Origin: an uncultured Gemmatimonadales bacterium
GTDB taxonomy: Bacteria > Gemmatimonadota > Gemmatimonadetes > Palauibacterales > Palauibacteraceae
Assembly (NCBI GenBank): GCA_963783385.1
Contig: CAWANJ010000001.1
Location: 64,001-128,000, forward strand
Reading direction: 5' to 3'
DNA: 64,000 bases
The notes beneath the pieces are model-generated. The model was not told where the DNA came from. It made no database searches and worked only from the letters and a program-made list of their open reading frames with translations. The translations under genes were made by a program, and so were the position numbers. Of this stretch, positions 56,933 through 64,000 are shown piece after piece (within the stretch, counting starts at the first letter, position 1; the number at the start of each line of letters is the position of its first letter).

Positions 56933-57376
56933 TCACCGGACGCTGATCACGGACTGGCTGAGCGCGTTGTTGATCGTCCATTCGATCCGGTCTCCGGCCG
57001 ACACGAACACCGGCTCCGAGATGTACCCCTGGACGGACCCGATCGGGTCGGCGATGAGCCGCACGCTCTGATCCGATGCGAGGATCGAGCGGGGGATCAC
57101 GTACGTGGCCGTGTCCATGCTGCTCAGCTGACCCAGGGACAGGTTCTGTCCGGCGCCCATCACGTAGACGTGCACGGTGTTCCAGTTGTAGTTGCGCACG
57201 AACAGGGTCACGGGCGCGTCCCGCATGGACGTGTCGCCGGCCGCGCCCTTCCCTCCCATGCTCGCGCACCCTGCCACGACCAGCCCCGTGAGGAGCAGCA
57301 GGCCGAAACGAAGGGAGAGCCTTCGGGCCAGGCGGCGGCTACGGGCGACCGACGAGGCGAAGCGTGAGGTACCCAT
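56933..57376 (-). CDS. Hypothetical lipoprotein
   Basis: GGAGGA RBS, lipobox VAGC and V.N....VHVYV...SLG...Y..P...RLIA...GD.I motifs. Confidence 0.8.
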   Translation of the reverse strand: MGTSRFASSVARSRRLARRLSLRFGLLLLTGLVVAGCASMGGKGAAGDTSMRDAPVTLFVRNYNWNTVHVYVMGAGQNLSLGQLSSMDTATYVIPRSILASDQSVRLIADPIGSVQGYISEPVFVSAGDRIEWTINNALSQSVISVR

Positions 57377-57427
57377 GGCTTCCTCCGGCTGGGTTGGGAG
57401 GCGGCGGTGCACCGACTCCCCAGCAGG

Positions 57428-58297
57428 TCAACTTCCGTGCCCGCCGGCGCGTCCGCGTTCGGCGGATTCCAGCAGATCGAGGACCGCGTCCGGGGCGTCG
57501 ACGTTGAGCCAGTGTCCCCCCTCGACCCTGTGCAGGTGGACCCGGCCGGTGACCGCCCCGGCGGCCTCGATGCGCTCGCACGCCTCTTCCGACAGGACCG
57601 GAGACCGTGTGGCCTTCACGAAGTGCAGGTCCATCCCGGGCGGCGGCTCCTCCACGACGGCCCACAGGTCCACGTCGAAGAAATCCGCGAGGAGGGCCTC
57701 CATCCCGTCCAGGTCGAGACGCCACCGCCATCCCTCCCCGGTACGCGCGAGATTGGTGGACATCCAGCGCGCGACCGGCTTCGGGAAGCCGTGCGCGCCC
57801 AGCGCCCTCTCGGCCTCCTCTCGCGAGCCGAACGGGCCGCTCTCGGTTCTGAGCGCCTCGAGCATGCGCACGGCGCCGCCCTCGGGCTCCCGGGCGGCCG
57901 GGGTCGAGTCGATGACCCACACCGTATCCAGTCCCTTCGCCCCCGATGCATACGCCAGGGCCACCTTGCCGCCGAAGGAATGACCCAGGATGCCCGACGG
58001 GGCCCGGCCGGTGGACCGGGCGAGCCGGGCCACGTCATCCGCGCACGCCTGAATGGTATGGGGGGGCGGGAACCCCGTCGAGTCCCCGTGCAGTCGGAGG
58101 TCGACGAGGACGGCTCCCCGGCCGCCATCGGCGTCCACCCAACGGCGGGCGACCGACCTCCAGTTCCGGCCCGCTCCGAAGATGCCGTGGAGGAAATAGG
58201 TCCACCGTTCGGTACCCGGGGCTCCTGCGGCCCGCGATCCGGAGGTCGCCTCCCCTCCGGCCTCCACGAGCTCGTGGGCGAGGACCGGACCGCTCAC
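57428..58297 (-). CDS. Alpha/beta hydrolase (YbfF/ABHD11-like)
   Basis: LHGIFG..RNW, DLRLHGDS, GHSFGGK and GHWLNVD. Confidence 0.9.
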   Translation of the reverse strand: MSGPVLAHELVEAGGEATSGSRAAGAPGTERWTYFLHGIFGAGRNWRSVARRWVDADGGRGAVLVDLRLHGDSTGFPPPHTIQACADDVARLARSTGRAPSGILGHSFGGKVALAYASGAKGLDTVWVIDSTPAAREPEGGAVRMLEALRTESGPFGSREEAERALGAHGFPKPVARWMSTNLARTGEGWRWRLDLDGMEALLADFFDVDLWAVVEEPPPGMDLHFVKATRSPVLSEEACERIEAAGAVTGRVHLHRVEGGHWLNVDAPDAVLDLLESAERGRAGGHGS

Positions 58298-59268
58298 GGC
58301 TGTGCCCGGCGGGCGAACGGCCCCATGATCGCCTCTATACGCCCGAGCGTCTCCGGCTCGAGCTCGATCCCGGCGGCCGCCACGTCCTCCCGGACCTGCT
58401 CGGGCCGGGTGGCTCCCACGATGGCCGAGGCCACGCCCTCCTGGTGCAGGATCCAGGCGAGGGCGACCTGGGCCACGCTCAGCCCGCGCGGTTCGGCGAC
58501 CTCCGCTCGTAGCCTATCGACCGCTTCGAGGACCTCGTCGGCCAGCACCGCCCTCATGAATCGGCGGTCGTCGTCATCCGCCCCGCGGCTCCCGGACGGG
58601 GCCGCTTCGCCGGGCCGGTACTTGCCCGTGAGCGCGCCGCCGGCCAGGGGACTCCACACCACCTGGCCGAGGCCCTCGCGTCGGCAGAGCGGCAGGACGG
58701 CCTCCTCGATCCGCCGGGCCAGGAGCGAGTACTGCGGCTGGTTGCTGACCAGGGGCCGCAGCCCGAGACGCCTCCCCGCGCGCAGGGCGTCGCCGATCTG
58801 GTCGGCGCTCCACTCGCTCACCCCCGCATGCAGGACCTTGCCCCGCGCGACGAGGTCGTCCAGGGCCCGGAGCGTCTCCTCGAGCGGGACGGAGGGATCG
58901 AACCGGTGGCACTGGTACAGGTCGATGTAGTCGAGCCCGAGGCGGCGGAGAGAGGCATCGCAGCTCTCCAGAATGTGCTTGCGTGACAGACCCCGGTCGT
59001 TGGGACCGTCCCCGGTGGGGAAGAACACCTTGGTCGCCACGACCACGCTGGGGCGGGGCACCTCCCGCAGCCAGCGGCCCAGCGTCTCCTCGGCTTCTCC
59101 CCCGGCGTACGCATCCGCCGTATCGAAGAAGTTCACGCCGGCCTCGTACGCCGCCCGCAGGCAGGCGTGCGCCCTGTCGTCCTCCACGCGGCGGCCGTAG
59201 GTGAGCCAGGACCCGAGGCCGATCGCGCTCACCCTGAGCCCCGATCGCCCCAGCGTACGGTACTCCAT
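58294..59268 (-). CDS. Aldo/keto reductase (Kv-beta/YajO-like)
   Basis: YR.LG.SGL.VS, FFDTADAY, ATKV, GLSRKHI, DLYQCHR and WSPLAGG.LTGKY. Confidence 0.93.
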   Translation of the reverse strand: MEYRTLGRSGLRVSAIGLGSWLTYGRRVEDDRAHACLRAAYEAGVNFFDTADAYAGGEAEETLGRWLREVPRPSVVVATKVFFPTGDGPNDRGLSRKHILESCDASLRRLGLDYIDLYQCHRFDPSVPLEETLRALDDLVARGKVLHAGVSEWSADQIGDALRAGRRLGLRPLVSNQPQYSLLARRIEEAVLPLCRREGLGQVVWSPLAGGALTGKYRPGEAAPSGSRGADDDDRRFMRAVLADEVLEAVDRLRAEVAEPRGLSVAQVALAWILHQEGVASAIVGATRPEQVREDVAAAGIELEPETLGRIEAIMGPFARRAQP

Positions 59269-59450
59269 GTGCGCCCTCCCTCGCATTTTTCGAAACCTGG
59301 TTCGGCCGCGGGAGTCTCGTGCCCCTGCACCATCCGTGCGCCCGCTTTCGGACGCCAGCCGGCGTCGCTATCGTGGGCGGCCATTCCCCTGGAGACGTCC
59401 CGGACAGCCGCCGGGCACACGGGGGAGCTCGGCTCGCGACCGGGAGAGCC

Positions 59451-61893
59451 ATGTCCAGGACCCTTCCCCGACTCGGCTCCGGCTTTCTGGCCGCCGCGGT
59501 CCTCGCCACGGCCCTGGGGTCACGCCCCCTGGCGGCCTCCTGGACCGCCCTCGGCGCACGTCCGGCGCGCGCCGGCGCGGCCGGGGCCGTTCAGGCCGAC
59601 ACGACCGCCCTCGTGTTCCGTGGCGACCGCGGCCAGACCGGCGTGCAGGTCCCGCGGCTGGACGCCTCCGTGCGGATCGACGGCTCGCTGGACGAGCCCG
59701 CCTGGAGTCGGGCCGCTCTCCTCACGGGTTTCACGCGCTACCTGCCGCAGGACGGCCTCCCCGCCGAGGACTCGACACAGGTCCGTCTGTGGTACTCGGC
59801 CGACGCGCTGTACGTGGGGATACGGGCGTTCGAGGTCCACGGTACCGTGGGCGCCAGCATGGCGGCCCGCGACAAGATCGGCAACGACGACCGCGTCCGG
59901 ATCCTGCTCGACACCTACGACGACGCGCGCCGCGCCTTCGCGTTCGGCGTCAACGCCTTCGGGGTGCAGGAGGACGGCGTGCGCATCGAAGGTCAGGGGA
60001 AGACAGCCGGCCTGTTCACGGCCGACCGCTCCGTCGATCCGGCCGACCTCACGCCCGACTTCGTATACCAGTCGCAGGGCCGGCTCACGGAGGGCGGCTA
60101 CGAGGTGGAGATGCGGATCCCCTTCGCCAGCCTGCGCTTCTCCTCGTCCCACGACCAGGTGTGGGGGTTCAACATCGTCCGCCGCGTTCCCCACTCCGGC
60201 CGTGAGCTCACGTGGGCGCCCGTGCACCAGGGCCAGACGTCCTTCCTGGCCCAGGAGGGCACGCTCCGGGGCCTCCGCGACCTGCGTCGCGGCGCGACCA
60301 TGGACATCAACCCCGTCGCCACGGCCCGCACGGAGGGCGCCCCGGGGGCCACGGGCTGGCACTACGACTCGCCCTCGCCGTCCTTCGGCCTCAACCTTCG
60401 CTACGGCGTCACCTCGGACCTGAACCTGAACGCGACGGTCAATCCCGACTTCTCCCAGGTGGAAGCCGACGCCGAGCAGCTGTCCTTCGATCCACGCCAG
60501 TCGCTCTACTACGCCGAGAAGCGCCCCTTCTTCCTGACGGGCAGCGAGCACTTCTCGGCGCCCAGCAACCTCATCTACACCCGGCGCATCGACAATCCGG
60601 ACGTGGCCGCCAAGCTCAGTGGCACGATCCGGGGCCTGAGCGCCGGTGTGCTGACCGCCCTCAACGCGCCCGAACCGGGGCAGACCGGCCGATCCCTGTT
60701 CGACATCCTCCGGCTGCAGGGGAACCTGGGCTCGGAGTCCACCGTCGGGCTCCTGTACACGAACCGCATCCACGACTCGGACTACAACCACGTCGTCGGT
60801 GCCGACACCCGACTGGTGCTGGGTGGCGCCTACGTGGTCTCGGCCCAGGGCGCCGCCTCCTTCAGCGGCGACAACGCCGGCTCCACCTGGGGCCCCCTGT
60901 GGAACCTCAGGGTGGAGCGCTCCGGACGCGTGTTCGGGGCCGCGGCGAGCTTCCAGGCCATCCATCCCGACTTCCGCACCGACGCGGGCTTCCTCAGCCG
61001 TACGGGAGTCGTGCACGCCGCATTCCAGCCGCGCGTGAGCCTGTTCGGCTCGCCGGAGTCGGCCCTGGCGAGCGTCACCAACAGCATTTCGCTGTACGGC
61101 GACTGGCTGTACGAGGACCTGTTCGGTGGCCGCGGACCCGGAGTCCCTCAAGATGCACTTCACCTCCAACGTGGCCTTTCGGAGCGGGTGGCAGGCGGGC
61201 GCGTCCGTGCTCTTCGAGCGGTTCTACTATCCGCCCTACCTGTACCGAGACTACGCCCTCCTGCGGCCCGGTCCCACGGGGGCCGACACGGTCCCGTTCA
61301 CCGGCACGCCGTCCCTGGCCAACCTCGACTTCGTCGTGCTGCTGGCGACCCCCAAGTGGGACCGGTTCGACGCCAACCTGACGCTGATCTTCGGGCGGGA
61401 CGAGAACTTCTACGAGTGGGCGCCCGCCAACGTGCTCATCGTGCAGGGGGCCCTGAACTGGAAGCCCACCGATCGCCTGCACTTCGAGGCTACCTACGCC
61501 CGCCAGCAGTACATGCGCCCCGACGACCACAGCAACGTGGGGATCCGCGACATCCCGCGCCTCAGGACGACCTACCAGATCACGCGCGCCATCTACGTGC
61601 GCCTCATCGGCCAGTACGACTCGAACTACCAGGATGCGTTGCGCGACGACACGCGCACCGGCTACCCGATCGCCATCCGTGACCCCTCCACCGGCACCTT
61701 CGTGCGGACCACCCGGATTCGGAGCGGCCAGCTGCACGGCGACGCCCTGTTCGCGGTGCAGCCCGGCCCCGGTACGGTGCTCTTCCTGGGCTACGGCGCC
61801 GACCTGCAGGAGCCGGCCCGGTTCGGGTTCGGCGGCCTGAGGCGCTCGGGCGACGCCTTCTTCGTGAAGCTGAGCTACCTGCTCAGGATGTGA
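59451..61893 (+). CDS. CBM9-like plus DUF5916 outer-membrane protein (one frameshift near 61138)
   Basis: Signal peptide, [18 protein letters not shown] and [10 protein letters not shown]...EKRPFF; the C-terminal [11 protein letters not shown] lies in the next frame. Confidence 0.85.
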
Positions 61894-62051
61894 GGCCGGC
61901 CCGGCGCGGCGCGCCGGGCGTGTGGGGAGAGTCCCCACGCATCCGTGGGGAGAAGTCCGCGACGGCGCTCCGGGGCATGGCCAGGCCGCCCGACAGGATC
62001 GTATTCTGCATACCGTCCGCGATTCGGGCCTCCCACACGGAGCGTGTGGCC

Positions 62052-64000
62052 ATGCGATGCATCATCCGGAGGAGCCTCCTCGCCTCGGCGCTCCTGTGCG
62101 CCGCTTCCCTGGTTCCCGCGACCTCGCCGGCGGCCGCCCAGGTCCGGCTGCGGGGTGACGACCGCCTGCGCGCCGAACGCTGGAAGACGGAGCACGCGCT
62201 CGACTCGATCGCCGTGATCGATCGCAAGGTGATGGTGCCGATGCGAGACGGCGTGCGGCTGGCCACCGACGTCTACCGACCCAGGGATGCGCGGGGACCG
62301 GTCCCCACGATCTTCGTGCGCACGCCCTACAACTTCAACTACTGGGACATCCAGCTCGGGGCGCCGCGGGACATGACGCGGATCCTGGATGCCGTGAAGC
62401 GCGGCTACGCGTACGTGGAGCAGAACGAGCGCGGTCACTTCTTCTCGGAAGGCAACTACGACATCCTGGGCCCGCCGCGCACGGACGGCTACGACATGCT
62501 GTCGTGGATCGGCGAGCAGCCGTGGTCCAACGGCAACGTGGGCCTCCTGGGCTGCTCCTCCACCGCGGAGTGGCAGATGGGCGTGGCCGCCACCGGCAAT
62601 TCCCACCTGGCCGCCATGAACCCGCAGGGCTTCGGCGCGGGCGTGGGCCGCGTGGACGGGTGGTACGAACAGGGGAACTGGTACCGTGGCGGCGCCGTTC
62701 AGATGCTGTTCATCGCCTGGATCTACGGCGAGCAGAACCAGGTGCGGCCGATGTTCCCATCCGGCACCTCGCAGGCCGACCTCATCCGCGAGTCGAAGTC
62801 GTTCGACCTCGCCCAGCACCTTCCCCCGGTGGACTGGTCCAGGGCGCTCCGGCACCTGCCCGAGGAGGACATCATCAAAGCGGTGGATGGACCGCGCGGG
62901 ATCTTCGCCGACTCGATGCCGGTGGCCACGGGCGGGCGCATGATCCAGCGGACGCCCGACGACCCGGCCTGGTACCGAGGCGGGCTCTACAACGACAGCA
63001 TGCCCTTCGACGTGCCGGGGCTGTGGTTCATGTCCTGGTACGACGTGTCGATCGGCCCGAACCTGGCCATGTTCAACCACGCCCGCCGGGTGGCGAGCCC
63101 GAAGGTGCGCGACGAGCAATGGGCCATCATCGCCCCCACGCTGCACTGCTCCTACACGCGGGCCACGGAGAACACGATCGTCGGCCAGCGCAGCGTCGGC
63201 GATGCGCGCTTCGACTACAGCGACCTCACGTACGGCTTCTTCGACCGGTTCCTCAAGGGCCAGCAGTCCGGCACGGTGCTCGACACGACCCCGAAGGTCC
63301 GCTACTACCTGATGGGCCGGAACGAGTGGAAGTCCACCGACACGTGGCCGCCGGCGGGTTCCAAGCCCGTCACTCTCTACCTGTCCAGCGCCGGCCACGC
63401 GAACACCCTGTACGGTGACGGTGCGCTGGGCTCCGCCGCCCCCGGGGCCGATGCCCCGGACCGTTTCGTGTACGACCCCATGAACCCGGTGCCCTCCCAC
63501 GGCGGCAACGTGTGCTGCACGGGGAACGCGGTCGACGGAGGCGCCTTCGACCAGCGCGGCATGGAGGCTCGCAACGACATCCTGGTGTACTCGAGCGAGC
63601 CGCTGCGCCAGGGGATGGAGGTGAGCGGACCGGTGACCGTGACGCTGTACGTCTCCTCGGATGCGAAGGACACGGACGTTACGGCCAAGCTGATCGACGT
63701 CTACCCGGACGGCAGGGCCTACAACCTGGACGAGACGATCCAGCGCATGCGCTACCGGGACGGATACGGCAAGCAGGTGTGGATGGAAGCCGGGCAAGGT
63801 GTACGAGGTGAAGCTCGGCCCTCTCACGACGAGCAACTACTTCGAGGCCGGCCACCGCATACGGATCGAGGTGACCAGCAGCAACTTCCCGCGCTTCGAT
63901 CGCAACATGAACACGGGCGGCCACAACTACGACGAGGCGAAGGGAGTCACGGCCCACAACGTCGTGCACCACTCCAAGCGCTACCCGTCGAGCGTGACCC
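62052..64000 (+). CDS. CocE/NonD family hydrolase, runs off the window end (frameshift near 63790)
   Basis: Translated by hand from ATG 62052: signal peptide, [39 protein letters not shown], then [10 protein letters not shown] in a shifted frame. Missing from the ORF track. Confidence 0.9.
   Translation, partial: MRCIIRRSLLASALLCAASLVPATSPAAAQVRLRGDDRLRAERWKTEHALDSIAVIDRKVMVPMRDGVRLATDVYRPRDARGPVPTIFVRTPYNFNYWDIQLGAPRDMTRILDAVKRGYAYVEQNERGHFFSEGNYDILGPPRTDGYDMLSWIGEQPWSNGNVGLLGCSSTAEWQMGVAATGNSHLAAMNPQGFGAGVGRVDGWYEQGNWYRGGAVQMLFIAWIYGEQNQVRPMFPSGTSQADLIRESKSFDLAQHLPPVDWSRALRHLPEEDIIKAVDGPRGIFADSMPVATGGRMIQRTPDDPAWYRGGLYNDSMPFDVPGLWFMSWYDVSIGPNLAMFNHARRVASPKVRDEQWAIIAPTLHCSYTRATENTIVGQRSVGDARFDYSDLTYGFFDRFLKGQQSGTVLDTTPKVRYYLMGRNEWKSTDTWPPAGSKPVTLYLSSAGHANTLYGDGALGSAAPGADAPDRFVYDPMNPVPSHGGNVCCTGNAVDGGAFDQRGMEARNDILVYSSEPLRQGMEVSGPVTVTLYVSSDAKDTDVTAKLIDVYPDGRAYNLDETIQRMRYRDGYGKQVWMEAGQGVRGEARPSHDEQLLRGRPPHTDRGDQQQLPALRSQHEHGRPQLRRGEGSHGPQRRAPLQALPVERD

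Noticed and set aside
61918-61958. CCCCACGCATCCGTGGGGAG resembles a type I-E CRISPR repeat
   Set aside because: Only overlapping palindromes at one spot, with no repeat-spacer periodicity and no cas genes. More likely an intergenic hairpin after the DUF5916 gene.

Overview
A very GC-rich bacterial chromosomal segment. Gene content and protein style suggest Gemmatimonadota, but that is an inference. It carries about 48 housekeeping and envelope genes, with a strong peptide-scavenging theme: OPT transporter, tricorn S41 protease, two S9 peptidases, TolB-like amidohydrolase, CocE/NonD hydrolase and an APC permease. Also present are uvrD/pcrA, addAB, trmFO, maf, ypdA, mgtE, aconitase, hsp20, two PPIases and an ECF sigma triad. 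I found no rRNA, tRNA, CRISPR array or intact mobile element. Five genes carry single-base frameshifts that look like consensus errors. Highlights: (1) a probable unannotated ~300-nt structured small RNA (minus strand, ~7417-7118) with a near-consensus sigma54 promoter, two palindromic enhancer boxes and its own terminator, directly upstream of a sigma54 activator whose receiver domain has lost its phosphorylation residues; (2) an OsmC-family peroxiredoxin with an in-frame UGA at the catalytic Cys position plus a SECIS-like hairpin (predicted selenoprotein), lying between two paralogous lipoprotein genes; (3) more sigma54-type promoters (hsp20, aconitase, bactofilin); (4) an apparent excess of Bacteroidota-type O-glycosylation sequons in exported proteins; (5) an unexplained structured and repetitive spacer at 43.6-43.9 kb. 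All calls are by eye; no searches were run.
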